The position numbers and the translations under genes were made by a program. The notes under the pieces were generated by a model that was not told where the DNA came from, did no database searches, and worked only from the letters and a program-made list of their open reading frames with translations. A stretch of DNA of 64,000 bases from Parcubacteria group bacterium LiPW_30. Lineage in GTDB: Bacteria; Patescibacteriota; Minisyncoccia; Phycocordibacterales; VMEP01. Positions 1 through 8,979 of this stretch are shown piece after piece; within the stretch, counting starts at the first letter, position 1, and the number at the start of each line of letters is the position of its first letter. The stretch covers positions 557,089 to 621,088 of the forward strand of contig VMEP01000001.1 in NCBI GenBank assembly GCA_007375595.1, in the 5' to 3' direction.

Positions 1-2
1 TG

Positions 3-206
3 TCTTATGATTTAGAAAAAATCCGACCACAATTAGAAGCGCACGGGCATTGGCAAAAACTACTAACCCCCGATGCAAAAAAACTTGAAGAAATTGTAAA
101 CGAACTTACCGAAGAAGAAATATCTGCAATGAAAGAAGCTAAAATTACAAAAAAATTCGCAACACTAAAATCAACCAAGAAAAAAGGAGAGTTAGAAGAA
201 GAGTAA
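3..206 (+). CDS. 3' end of an unidentified protein-coding gene whose 5' part lies outside the window
   Basis: Open frame 3 runs from the window edge to TAA at 204-206. Charged, helical-looking C-terminus (…KLEEIVNELTEEEISAMKEAK…). Confidence 0.3.
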   Translation, partial: SYDLEKIRPQLEAHGHWQKLLTPDAKKLEEIVNELTEEEISAMKEAKITKKFATLKSTKKKGELEEE

Positions 207-222
207 GTTGAAATAAGATTTC

Positions 223-627
223 TTAAGGTGTAAGCCCTGGGCAATTGGCGGCCGGCGTATAACCAGCATTTTTTGCTTCTTCTTCAGAAGAGAATGTAAT
301 TTTATTTTGAGGACTAATCGTCTTTGCTCCAGAACACCATTCTAGAAAATATTTCTTACCGTTTCTGGAAGCAACAAAACGTTTCTCCCCCGCTGTGATG
401 TTATTAAAATTAGAAATTTCCCCGATCTCGCCATTCCCCGTTATTGTCACAGGAGTTTTAGTTTCTTCTATTTTTGAAAGCCTTCCCAACCCAAAAGAAG
501 CAAAAGCCACCAGAATTATTGTAAGAATAGTGAAAATATCCTTATTTTGTAATATTTTAACTAAAGGATGAAAAACTATCCTCACCCTGTTGATTTTTTC
601 CCTAATATGTTCTAGAATCTCCTGCAT
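223..627 (-). CDS. Membrane-anchored protein with a degenerate Ada-like metal-binding domain
   Basis: 134 aa with an N-terminal TM helix. The C-terminal segment GKKYFLEWCSGAKTISPQNKITFSSEEEAKNAGYTPAANC resembles the Ada N-terminal Zn-binding domain consensus (…VKTTGIYCRPSC…FFDSAEEAEAAGFRPCKRC) but keeps only 2 of its 4 Cys. Confidence 0.5.
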   Translation of the reverse strand: MQEILEHIREKINRVRIVFHPLVKILQNKDIFTILTIILVAFASFGLGRLSKIEETKTPVTITGNGEIGEISNFNNITAGEKRFVASRNGKKYFLEWCSGAKTISPQNKITFSSEEEAKNAGYTPAANCPGLTP

Positions 628-695
628 TGTTGGTATTATAGTGCATTTTGCAATTTAACTAAAAACTAACAGCTAAAAACTAATAAGCTAATTTT

Positions 696-968
696 ATGGC
701 AACACGAAAAGCTGGAGGTACAGCTAAAAACCTTAGAGATTCCAATGCAAAGTACTTAGGTACTAAGCTTCATGACGGCGAAACCGCAAAGTCCGGTTCT
801 ATTATCGTGCGTCAGCGTGGGACAAAAATCATGTCAGGAAAGAACACTGGTCTTGGTACAGATCACACTATTTTTGCCCTAAAAGCTGGAAAGGTGAAAT
901 TTACTACAGCAAGAAAAGTTGGTTTCAATGGCAAAACAACAGTAAAGAAGGTTGTAAACATTATCTAA
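696..968 (+). CDS. rpmA: 50S ribosomal protein L27
   Basis: 90 aa with [16 protein letters not shown]…VRQRGTK…[11 protein letters not shown], the canonical L27 motifs. Confidence 0.9.
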   Translation: MATRKAGGTAKNLRDSNAKYLGTKLHDGETAKSGSIIVRQRGTKIMSGKNTGLGTDHTIFALKAGKVKFTTARKVGFNGKTTVKKVVNII

Positions 969-1043
969 TAGATCTTAAATAGAGTTAATAAAAAAAGAGC
1001 GGTTTGTTACCGCTCTTTTTTTATTACTATTTTCAGAACAGCA

Positions 1044-1487
1044 CTAAATACCTTCTACCTTCAATGTAATTTTTGCTTTTTTGTCCTTAACCACGATGTT
1101 AATAGAAAATTCACCAAGCTCTCTTATTGGTTCTTCAAGCATAATCATCTCTGGTTTAACAGAAAGTCTGCTTGCTTCTGCAAGGGCTTTAGAAATCTCC
1201 TCTTTGTGAATACCAGCAAATAAATGACCTTGTTCGTTTGCTTTTTCTTTCATGGTCAAGGTGACTCCATTAATGTCATGGAAATTCTTCTCTAAAAGGT
1301 CATCCTGGATTTCTTTCTCAGCCACAAGAGATTTCTTTGTTAACTCAAGGCGAGCTAAAGCTTTATCTGTTGCAACTTCAACCAACTTTCTAGGAAAAAG
1401 GAAATTCTTAACAAATCCGTCAGAAACCTCCTTTACCTCGTATTTTTTCCCTTGTCTTGGCACGTCGTGTAAAAATATGACTTTCAT
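1044..1487 (-). CDS. rplI: 50S ribosomal protein L9
   Basis: 147 aa. MKVIFLHDVPRQGKKYEVKEVSDGFVKNFLFPRKLVEVAT matches the L9 N-terminal domain. Confidence 0.85.
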   Translation of the reverse strand: MKVIFLHDVPRQGKKYEVKEVSDGFVKNFLFPRKLVEVATDKALARLELTKKSLVAEKEIQDDLLEKNFHDINGVTLTMKEKANEQGHLFAGIHKEEISKALAEASRLSVKPEMIMLEEPIRELGEFSINIVVKDKKAKITLKVEGI

Positions 1488-1514
1488 GTGTTTTGATTTA
1501 GTTAGAGCGCTAGT

Positions 1515-2735
1515 CTAGCTTTTTTTCAGAAGAATTTCAACTGCCTTCTCTAGTTGCACATCCCTACCGTCTTTTAAGTCTTTTTCAGATGATGTTGCCA
1601 CGTAGGTAGGAGTAATACCTTCTTCGGAAATAGACTTACCGTTTGGAGTAAGCCATCTTGCAATAGTTATCTTCAAAGAAGTGTCATTTGTTATATTAAC
1701 TAATTCTTGGACTGACCCTTTACCAAAACTACGCTCTCCAACAACGGTAGCTTTACCGTGTTCCGAAAGTGCCCCCGTCAAAATCTCTGAGGCTGAAGCT
1801 GAGCCACGGTTTATCAAAATAACCATTTTTAATTTATCGCTAAAAATATCGTAGCCCTTACTTCGGTAAACTTCTTCTTTTTGTTTTTTACCAAAATCTT
1901 CACGCACAATAACCTTTCCGGTCGGCAAAAACCAACTAGCCATATCAACAGACGCTTCAAGATATCCCCCAGGATTACCTCTTAGATCTAAAATCAACTT
2001 GTCGCTACCAGAAATTACAAACTCGCGTAATGCTTTAGTAAAAAGACTTGGTGAATTCTCTGAAAAACTATAAAGACTAATAATAAAGATTCCGTCACTC
2101 CTTAATTTAGTATCGATTGTGGGAATGTTTATTGTATCTCTTACAACAGAAATTTCTATTGGTTTAACATCGCCGTTACGAACAATCAACAACTTAACAG
2201 AAGTCCCCTTTTCTCCGCGAATAAGTTTAACGGCAGCATCAACCGCCATGTCTGTGGTTGTTTTGTCGTCTATTTTGAAAATTTTATCTCCCGCCTTAAT
2301 ACCAGCACGTTCAGCTGGGGAATCTTTCAGTGGCGAAACAACCGTTAAAACTTCGTCGCGTAGTCCTATTTCCATCCCAACGCCACCAAACTCCCCTTTT
2401 ATATCTTCAGCAAACGCTTTAGCTTCAACTGGCGGGAAAAATACCGTGTATGGATCACCAAAAGATTTTGTGAGCCCCGCGATTGCTCCATAAACTTTCT
2501 CCTGGTCGGTTGGCATCTCTTTTTTAGAAACAAATTTTTCGTCTAAAACAGACCATGCTTTCCAAAAAGCCCCAAAGTCTGTTTCGACACCAGCGGGTAA
2601 TTCTTTATTTAAGAGAGAAATTTCCTTACTCTCTAAAACTGATTGTTTACCAAAATAAAAACCAGAGCTAAAAATAACGGCGAACACTACGCCAAACAAA
2701 ACGGCGTAAAAAGATTTTCGATAGTGTAAGAACAT
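1515..2735 (-). CDS. ctpA: S41 family carboxy-terminal processing peptidase
   Basis: 406 aa with an N-terminal TM helix, a PDZ-like segment (GIKAGDKIFKIDDKTT) and the S41 catalytic region (LDLRGNPGGYL…ASASEILTGAL). Confidence 0.85.
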   Translation of the reverse strand: MFLHYRKSFYAVLFGVVFAVIFSSGFYFGKQSVLESKEISLLNKELPAGVETDFGAFWKAWSVLDEKFVSKKEMPTDQEKVYGAIAGLTKSFGDPYTVFFPPVEAKAFAEDIKGEFGGVGMEIGLRDEVLTVVSPLKDSPAERAGIKAGDKIFKIDDKTTTDMAVDAAVKLIRGEKGTSVKLLIVRNGDVKPIEISVVRDTINIPTIDTKLRSDGIFIISLYSFSENSPSLFTKALREFVISGSDKLILDLRGNPGGYLEASVDMASWFLPTGKVIVREDFGKKQKEEVYRSKGYDIFSDKLKMVILINRGSASASEILTGALSEHGKATVVGERSFGKGSVQELVNITNDTSLKITIARWLTPNGKSISEEGITPTYVATSSEKDLKDGRDVQLEKAVEILLKKS

Positions 2736-2873
2736 TTGTGGATTATCTCACATGAAGAGATGTCGGGTCAATTAGAAATTGACTTTTATTATCTATATGT
2801 GAGGATATGTAGGTCGGTAAAGTTTTGCCGATAGTACACAACAACACGTCAACAGCAAAAAGGAGAACACGCC

Positions 2874-2975
2874 ATGAAAAAACTGAAACCCGGCATCATC
2901 ACCGCCAAGGTCGCTGACGAAGACGAAGACCATCCGATTGGTGTCCTGGCCATCGGCGCCGGATGTGACGACTGA
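2874..2975 (+). CDS. Small GC-rich ORF (33 aa, MKKLKPGIITAKVADEDEDHPIGVLAIGAGCDD)
   Basis: Strong SD (AAAGGAGAACACGCC-ATG). GC about 60% versus about 37% background. Followed by a hairpin terminator. Below the ORF-track length cutoff. Confidence 0.4.
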   Translation: MKKLKPGIITAKVADEDEDHPIGVLAIGAGCDD

Positions 2976-2989
2976 TTCGCGAGTCGCGC

Positions 2990-3030
2990 ACCCCCCCCAC
3001 CAATCTAACGAAAGGTGGGGGTAACTTTTT
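2990..3030 (+). terminator. Rho-independent terminator (CCCCCACC…GGTGGGGG + T-run)
   Basis: GC stem followed by TAACTTTTT. Confidence 0.5.
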
Positions 3031-3040
3031 CCCAAATTTT

Positions 3041-3077
3041 AAACTATTGGTTTTTCCTAAAAAAACCAATAGTTTTT
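3041..3077. terminator. Perfect 15-bp-stem hairpin (AAACTATTGGTTTTT-CCTAA-AAAAACCAATAGTTT), possible bidirectional terminator
   Basis: Perfect inverted repeat visible in the sequence. Confidence 0.45.
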
Positions 3078-3087
3078 GTCTTAAGAG

Positions 3088-3153
3088 ACTAGTGAGCGTG
3101 GCGACGCGAGCTCGAGGAAATTTTCAGCAGAAAATTATCCGTGCTCTTAAGAC
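3088..3153. repeat. Copy of the dispersed MITE-like repeat family (core …GAGCTCGAGGAAATTTTCAGCAGAAAATTATCCGTG…), flanked by a direct CTTAAGA duplication
   Basis: Shares the AATTTTC-AGCA-GAAAATT hairpin and GCTCGCG/CACG flanks with the other copies listed below. CTTAAGA is present at both ends (3081-3087 and 3146-3152), which looks like a target-site duplication. Confidence 0.55.
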
Positions 3154-3220
3154 GAAAAGTGAAAAAATATAAATAAAGCCCTTGGATTAAGTTTGTAAGT
3201 CGTTATATAATATCTAGAAC

Positions 3221-4135
3221 ATGCAAAACGTATACAAGCATAAAAATGTAACTTGGATTGATTTAGAGTCGCCAACAAAAGAGGAGATAAGAAACGTAAT
3301 TAACGATTACAGGGTACACCCACTAATTGCCGAGGAATTACTTGTCCCGACACTTAGACCTAAAGTTGATTTATATAACGACTGTATCTATCTTATCCTT
3401 CACTTCCCTTGCGTTACTCACTCACACTCGAAAAGCCACTCAAATGAAATAGATTTTGTTATTGGTAAAGATTATATTATTACCGCCCACTATGAATCAC
3501 TTGATCCAATTCATCAATTTTCAAAAATTTTTGAAGTAAATTCAATTTTAGATAAAAGTGACATGGGTGAACACGGTGGCTACATGTTGTTTTACCTACT
3601 CCGCGAACTTTACAAAAACTCGATGGAACAACTCTTCGACATAGACAAGAATTTAAAAAATATTGAGGACCGAATTTTCCGCGGTGAAGAACATGCAATG
3701 GTTCGAACGATTTCCCACATAAACAGAAAACTTCTCACTTTTAAACAAGCGATTCAATACCACAAGGGGGTACTCGAGTCATTTGAAACTGCTGGACGCC
3801 ATTTCTTTGGAGAAGATTTTAATTACCATTTAAGGTCGATGCTTTCGGAATATCACAAAGTTGCGAGTACCCTTGAGGGGCATCGCGATACAGTGAGCGA
3901 ACTTCGTGACACAAACGATTCCCTTCTTTCCAGTAAAACAAACGCTGTAATGAAAACACTAACTGTCATGGCTTTTATTATTTTGCCTATGACTTTTATC
4001 GGGCAGGTTTTTGGTGTGAGTATTAAAGAAATACCTCTTCAAGATTCTCCTAATGGATTTTGGGTTATTATCTCAATAATGGCCTTTGTTGGAATTTCAG
4101 GTTTTGCTATTTTTAAATACAAAAAATGGCTATAA
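3221..4135 (+). CDS. corA: CorA-family magnesium/cobalt transporter
   Basis: 304 aa with a cytoplasmic N-terminal domain and two C-terminal TM helices. The conserved TM1 motif appears as MTFIGQVFGV, a variant of YGMNF. The -10 TATAAT at 3207 sits immediately upstream, so the transcript is leaderless or has a very short leader. Confidence 0.65.
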   Translation: MQNVYKHKNVTWIDLESPTKEEIRNVINDYRVHPLIAEELLVPTLRPKVDLYNDCIYLILHFPCVTHSHSKSHSNEIDFVIGKDYIITAHYESLDPIHQFSKIFEVNSILDKSDMGEHGGYMLFYLLRELYKNSMEQLFDIDKNLKNIEDRIFRGEEHAMVRTISHINRKLLTFKQAIQYHKGVLESFETAGRHFFGEDFNYHLRSMLSEYHKVASTLEGHRDTVSELRDTNDSLLSSKTNAVMKTLTVMAFIILPMTFIGQVFGVSIKEIPLQDSPNGFWVIISIMAFVGISGFAIFKYKKWL

Positions 4136-5526
4136 GAATCTATAACACGTTAACGAGAGATAAAACCTTTTTTGAGCCCATCAACCCGGGGGAGGTTTCA
4201 ATGTACCACTGTGGTCCAACGGTATATGACTATGCACACATCGGAAATATGCGGGCATATGTTTTTGCTGATATTTTAAGGAGGACCTTTGCGTGGAATG
4301 GATTTAAAGTAAAACAAATCATAAATATTACCGACGTTGGACACCCGTCTTCAGACGAAGACGATGGTGAAGACAAAATTGAAACTGCTTCAACAAGAGA
4401 GCACAAAACAGCAGAGGAAGTCGCAAAATTTTATACCGACGTTTTCTTTGGCGATTTAAAAAAATTAAACATAATAACGGAGAATACAATTTTTCCAAGG
4501 GCTTCAGAACATATTCCAGAACAAATAGAGCTCGTGCGCATTCTTGAAGAAAAAGGTTTTGCTTACAAAACAAGTAAGGGAATGTATTTTGATACCGCAA
4601 AATTCCCAAATTACGGGAAATTAGCGCTTCTTGATATAAAAAATTTACGCGAAGGAGCAAGAGTTGAAATTAATCCAGAAAAAAGAAACCCAACGGATTT
4701 TTCTCTTTGGAAATTATCCCCCGTCCCAGGAGTTCGCCAGCAAGAATGGGAATCACCTTGGGGTATTGGTTTCCCTGGTTGGCACATTGAATGTTCCGCG
4801 ATGTCGATGAAATATCTCGGGAATCATTTTGATATACATACTGGCGGGGTTGATCATATTTCAGTGCACCACACAAACGAAATTGCGCAATCTGAAGCCG
4901 CAACCGGCGAACCGCTCGCTAACTACTGGGTTCACTCAGCATTCTTAACTGTCGATGGACAGAAGATGGCGAAATCTTTAGGAAACTTTACGACCGTTAG
5001 TGATATTGAAAACAGTGAAATCTCTCCGCTCGCCTTTCGTTATTTCCTCTTGGGGGCAAGTTATCGCATGCCACTAAACTTTACATGGTCAGCACTTTCC
5101 GGCTCAGAAAAAACTCTTCAAGGAATTTATCGTGAAGCATCTCTCCTTAAAGAAGGTGGTGTGGCAGACGAAGAATATCGTTCAAAATTTCGTGATGTTA
5201 TAAACAACGACTTCAACACTCCTCAAGCCCTCGCCCTTGTTTTTGATCTTCTTCGTTCCCCTCTTTCTTCTGAAACAAAGCTCGCGACATTGTTTGATTT
5301 TGATAAAGTGCTCGGTATTGATATAGAAAAAGGGCGAAGCGCTTTCATGGCTAAAGACGCAAAAGAAGAAGATATTCCAATCCCTGTCAAAAACTTAGTA
5401 GATGAGCGTGAAATAGCAAGAACAAAACAAGACTTCGAAAGAGCCGACTTAATACGCGCAGAAATCGCTAAAATGGGCTATTTGGTGGACGATTCCCCAG
5501 AAGGACCGAAGGTGACCAAACGCTAA
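4126..5526 (+). CDS. cysS: Cysteinyl-tRNA synthetase
   Basis: CGPTVYDYAHIGN (HIGH motif) and KMAKSLGN (KMSKS motif). 466 aa. Confidence 0.9.
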   Translation: MAIRIYNTLTRDKTFFEPINPGEVSMYHCGPTVYDYAHIGNMRAYVFADILRRTFAWNGFKVKQIINITDVGHPSSDEDDGEDKIETASTREHKTAEEVAKFYTDVFFGDLKKLNIITENTIFPRASEHIPEQIELVRILEEKGFAYKTSKGMYFDTAKFPNYGKLALLDIKNLREGARVEINPEKRNPTDFSLWKLSPVPGVRQQEWESPWGIGFPGWHIECSAMSMKYLGNHFDIHTGGVDHISVHHTNEIAQSEAATGEPLANYWVHSAFLTVDGQKMAKSLGNFTTVSDIENSEISPLAFRYFLLGASYRMPLNFTWSALSGSEKTLQGIYREASLLKEGGVADEEYRSKFRDVINNDFNTPQALALVFDLLRSPLSSETKLATLFDFDKVLGIDIEKGRSAFMAKDAKEEDIPIPVKNLVDEREIARTKQDFERADLIRAEIAKMGYLVDDSPEGPKVTKR

Positions 5527-5629
5527 TTTTTCTCAAATTTAAGGGATTTTCTTGTCCCATCTTACACACAGCTTAACCCCAAGCTCGATTTGCTGGTGCA
5601 TTACGACAATATGTTAAGATAAGACAACT

Positions 5630-7000
5630 ATGGCACAATCAAAAGGAAGTTCAGTTCGTGTTCCACCGCAAAATATTGATTCTGAAAAGGCTCTTCTTGG
5701 GGCACTTATGGTGCGCGCGGATGCAATCAATGAAATCGTTGACTCAATTGAACCAGATTCTTTTTATGCAGAAAAGCATCGCATAATCTATAACGCAATT
5801 CGTGAACTCTTTGCTAAAAACGAACCAATAGATGTCATCACTGTTTCATCCCGCCTAAATGATAAAAACGACCTTGAACGCATCGGTGGTCGCGCGTATC
5901 TTGTTGAATTAATCAACACCGTTCCTTCAACATCAAACGTGCTCCATTATGCAAATCTCGTAGATAAGACGAGTATCTTGCGAAGGCTTATTGACGCCGC
6001 CGACCACATCTCTGATTTGGGTTTTACGGAATCAAAAGAGTTAGATCAAGTTTTAGACGAAGCCGAAAAAAAAATATTCGGTATTACAAATTCTCCAAAA
6101 GTTCACAAATTCGTAAATCTAAAAGATACATTAACCGAAGCATGGGAAAGACTCGATCATCTACATAAATCGGGCGATGAAATTCGTGGTGTTCCAACCG
6201 GATTTCCTGACCTTGATTTAAAGACTGCTGGTTTCCAAAAATCAGATTTAATTATTCTCGCTGCTCGCCCATCAATGGGTAAAACCGCTCTTGCTCTTGA
6301 TATCGCGCGAATGGCTGCAACTAAACACAATGTTCCGATTGGAATCTTTTCTCTTGAAATGAGCGCGCACCAATTAACCGACCGTATGCTTGCCGCAGAG
6401 TCGCGCGTTGATTCTTGGAAATTACGTACTGGTAAAATTACTGCTGACGAAGATTTTTCAAGACTACGTGATGCAATGAGCGTTCTGTCCAAAGCCCCGA
6501 TTTATATCGACGACCAAGCCGGTAACTCGATTCTTAAAATGCGTTCTGTTGCGCGAAGACTAAAAAGCGAACACGGTCTCGGCATGATTATTGTTGATTA
6601 CCTCCAGCTCATGACCACATCAAAGAATTACGACTCTATGGTGAATCAAGTGACAGAAATTTCCCGTTCCCTAAAGAGCCTTGCTCGCGAGCTTGATATC
6701 CCAGTTTTGGCCCTCTCACAGCTATCTCGTGCCGTGGAATCACGCGGTGGACGCCCTCGACTATCCGACCTACGTGATTCAGGTTCTATTGAACAAGACG
6801 CGGATTTGGTCATGTTTATTCATCGTGAAGATAAGTATAAAGACGATTCTGAACGACCAAACATCGCCGAAATTCTTATTGAAAAGCATAGAAATGGACC
6901 AACGGGTAAAATTGAATTGTATTTCGACGACAAAAAAACTACCTTCCTTCCGGTTGATAAAGGAGACTATGCAACACTTGATAAAGATAATGATTTTTAA
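5630..7000 (+). CDS. dnaB: Replicative DNA helicase DnaB
   Basis: 456 aa. Has the N-terminal DnaB domain (EKALLGALM…), Walker A (ARPSMGKT) and Walker B (IIVDYLQLM) of the RecA-like fold. Confidence 0.9.
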   Translation: MAQSKGSSVRVPPQNIDSEKALLGALMVRADAINEIVDSIEPDSFYAEKHRIIYNAIRELFAKNEPIDVITVSSRLNDKNDLERIGGRAYLVELINTVPSTSNVLHYANLVDKTSILRRLIDAADHISDLGFTESKELDQVLDEAEKKIFGITNSPKVHKFVNLKDTLTEAWERLDHLHKSGDEIRGVPTGFPDLDLKTAGFQKSDLIILAARPSMGKTALALDIARMAATKHNVPIGIFSLEMSAHQLTDRMLAAESRVDSWKLRTGKITADEDFSRLRDAMSVLSKAPIYIDDQAGNSILKMRSVARRLKSEHGLGMIIVDYLQLMTTSKNYDSMVNQVTEISRSLKSLARELDIPVLALSQLSRAVESRGGRPRLSDLRDSGSIEQDADLVMFIHREDKYKDDSERPNIAEILIEKHRNGPTGKIELYFDDKKTTFLPVDKGDYATLDKDNDF

Positions 7001-7006
7001 ATATCT

Positions 7007-7621
7007 ATGGACTCGCGAGATAAATTAGAACGCCTTTTCGCAATGTTTCCAGGAATCGGGCCACGCCAAGCTAAACGCTTTGTTTATTTTTTATTAACCA
7101 GAAATTCAGGTTTTACTTCCGAGCTTGCCCTCGCCCTCTCAGACCTTAAGAAAAATATTTCTCAATGTAATTCTTGTTATCGATTTTTTCCAAACGATGG
7201 TAATACCGCCTGCCAAGTTTGCCGAAGCGTAAACACTGACCAGAAAACAATTCTTATTGTCGAGAAAGATGTTGATTTTGAAAATGTTCACAAAAGCGGA
7301 TTTTATAATGGTCGCTTTTTTGTTCTTGGCGGATTATTGCCAATACTTGAAGAAGAGCCGGCAAAAAAAATACGCGCTCGTGAATTAGTCGCCGAAGTTC
7401 TCCGCCAAGCAGAAACTGGAAATCTAAAAGAAATAATTATTGCGCTTTCTTTAAACGGAGAAGGTGAAAATACTTACCAATATATTAAGGGAATTCTCCA
7501 GCCATTAACTCAAAAATACTCTATTAATTTAAGTACTCTCGGTCGTGGCCTCTCAACTGGTTCCGAAATTGAATATTCCGACGGCGAAACCCTCAAATAC
7601 GCAATTGAAAACAGAAAATAA
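7007..7621 (+). CDS. recR: Recombination protein RecR
   Basis: 204 aa with the HhH N-terminus (LFAMFPGIGPRQAKRFV), a C4 zinc finger (CNSCYRF…CQVCRS) and a Toprim domain. Confidence 0.9.
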   Translation: MDSRDKLERLFAMFPGIGPRQAKRFVYFLLTRNSGFTSELALALSDLKKNISQCNSCYRFFPNDGNTACQVCRSVNTDQKTILIVEKDVDFENVHKSGFYNGRFFVLGGLLPILEEEPAKKIRARELVAEVLRQAETGNLKEIIIALSLNGEGENTYQYIKGILQPLTQKYSINLSTLGRGLSTGSEIEYSDGETLKYAIENRK

Positions 7622-7704
7622 ATAAATACTTGGCGGTGAAACCGTCAAGTAAAATTTTTCTCCATATTTGGAGGTGAAACCTCCAAATACTGGATTTCAG
7701 TAAA

Positions 7705-7730
7705 AAATCCGCAGTAAGCGGATTTTTTCA
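7705..7730. terminator. Bidirectional rho-independent terminator (AATCCGC-AGTA-GCGGATT with T-runs on both strands)
   Basis: Lies between convergent recR and rplU. Confidence 0.6.
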
Positions 7731-7736
7731 TTTTAA

Positions 7737-8102
7737 TTACTTTATCTTTTCAATAGTAACCTTGAAGTATGGTTGTCTGTGTCCTCTAATCTTTAGGTAT
7801 CGGCTCTTTGCCTTATATTTCATTACCTCAACCTTCTTTGCTTTACCAATCTTAGTCAAAGCCCCTGTAACTTTTGCCCCGTCGATATAAGGAGTCCCAA
7901 TAGTGGTGTTCTTTCCATCATCAACCAGTAAAACCTTGTCGAAAACGACAGCATCGCCTTCCTTGTGTTCCCCGAGAATCTTCTCAATAGTAACAACATC
8001 GCCAACTGCAACGCGATATTGCTTTCCACCGGTCTTTATAACGGCAAATTCTGTTGATTCTGCCTTCTTTGCTGGGGTTTTTTTGCTAACTACCATAGAC
8101 AC
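7737..8102 (-). CDS. rplU: 50S ribosomal protein L21 with a lysine-rich 18-aa N-terminal extension
   Basis: FAVIKTGGKQYRVAVGDVV is canonical L21, preceded by MSMVVSKKTPAKKAESTE. Confidence 0.85.
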   Translation of the reverse strand: MSMVVSKKTPAKKAESTEFAVIKTGGKQYRVAVGDVVTIEKILGEHKEGDAVVFDKVLLVDDGKNTTIGTPYIDGAKVTGALTKIGKAKKVEVMKYKAKSRYLKIRGHRQPYFKVTIEKIK

Positions 8103-8262
8103 ACTATTTTACATAAAGGGCGCCGAAACGCAAGCTAGAAACAAAATCTAACCCCCGTTGACGTCACCACTAAAGCATGCTTAAATATTTCTCAGGCAGA
8201 GGAGGAATTATTTCCTACTCAAAATATTCAACAGTACACCAAACAACAACAAGGAGGACAAA

Positions 8263-8757
8263 ATGGAAAAACCAGCCTGGAAAGCGTGGGATGAATTTCT
8301 GATTGAGGCGTGGGAGGCAGATATGCACATGTTTGTCGCCGTGTTTAGATTCTTGGAGCCTTATGGTTTTCAATACGACCAAATAATCAACGGTGGTTTC
8401 ATCTCCATCTTCTCGGGAATTGGAGTTAATGGGAGATCTCCCAAAAACTTCTGCCATTTAGGTTTTCCAGTAAGAGCATTTTTCTACCATTTCTTCCCGG
8501 AGACAAACGAATTACTTTGGGAAGGAAAGAAGGATCAGGCCCTGAGGAAAATGCGCTCCCACAAAATTAGCGCCGAGACCAGGTTGCGAGACGACCGTGA
8601 GTTCGCAAGCCTGAAACGCGACAACAGGAGAAAAACATCGCAAGTCCTTCCATTAATCCAAGGGACAAACGCCATCGGCGTCCGGCAAGCGAGAAGATCT
8701 CTTTCCGACTGGGGCACCACAAAACCTCCGGGTCGTATGAGAAACAGGCGTATATAG
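8263..8757 (+). CDS. Hypothetical protein encoded by a GC-rich orphan ORF
   Basis: 164 aa. SD AAGGAGGA 7 nt upstream. GC about 48-50%. Terminator 14 nt downstream. The C-terminal half is Arg-rich and of low complexity, so coding status is uncertain. Confidence 0.4.
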   Translation: MEKPAWKAWDEFLIEAWEADMHMFVAVFRFLEPYGFQYDQIINGGFISIFSGIGVNGRSPKNFCHLGFPVRAFFYHFFPETNELLWEGKKDQALRKMRSHKISAETRLRDDREFASLKRDNRRKTSQVLPLIQGTNAIGVRQARRSLSDWGTTKPPGRMRNRRI

Positions 8758-8770
8758 TTCCAGTTACCAA

Positions 8771-8800
8771 AAACCCCGCTACTCTGGCGGGGTTTATTTT
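8771..8800 (+). terminator. Rho-independent terminator (CCCCGC-TACTCTG-GCGGGG + TTTATTTT)
   Basis: Seen in the sequence. Confidence 0.6.
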
Positions 8801-8834
8801 CTATAAAAACAAAAAAATAAACCTTCTCCTGTTT

Positions 8835-8863
8835 TTGACAGGATAATTTTTACGTGCTATTTT
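8835..8863 (+). promoter_or_regulatory. Sigma70-like promoter (TTGACA-17 nt-TATTTT)
   Basis: Consensus -35, 17-nt spacer and a TAnnnT -10. Drives the short GC-rich RNA candidate. Confidence 0.4.
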
Positions 8864-8869
8864 TGGTTG

Positions 8870-8969
8870 ATATCAGCTCCTTCGGAAGCAGAGAACCGAA
8901 GGCCTTCACCTCCCAATGCTGGTACACTTTGCCCCCGCCCTCCTCCCCTTTGGGCGCGGGGCTTTTTTT
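8870..8969 (+). ncRNA. ffs?: Putative ~100-nt small RNA, possibly a small SRP RNA (4.5S-like)
   Basis: Delimited by its own promoter and a terminator (GCCCCCGCCC…GGGCGCGGGGC + T7). Not coding. The segment CAGCUCC-UUCG-GAAGCAG resembles SRP RNA helix 8 (E. coli CAGGUCC-GGAA-GGAAGCAG). 5' AUCAGC can pair with the downstream GCUGGU. Confidence 0.35.
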
Positions 8970-8979
8970 ATTATTCTGC

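Noticed and set aside
5-244. 79-aa minus-strand ORF at the window start
   Set aside because: Antisense to a clean plus-strand coding frame ending at 206. Ser/Phe-rich low-complexity product.
2793-3035. 80-aa minus-strand ORF
   Set aside because: No RBS, and it runs antisense through a GC-rich segment and terminator hairpin. The 33-aa plus-strand ORF has a strong SD.
8490-8760. RNase P RNA or tmRNA hidden in the GC-rich segment (GAGGAAAAUGCGCUCC resembles the P4 strand GAGGAAAGUCCGGGCUCC)
   Set aside because: The GUCCGGG core and the 3' P4 partner (ACAGAACCCGGCUUA) are absent. No tRNA-like 3' end or tag ORF for tmRNA. Kept as a low-confidence protein ORF instead.
8215-8770. Several minus-strand ORFs (8215-8457, 8535-8720, 8567-8770)
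   Set aside because: Antisense to the SD-supported plus-strand ORF. No translation signals.
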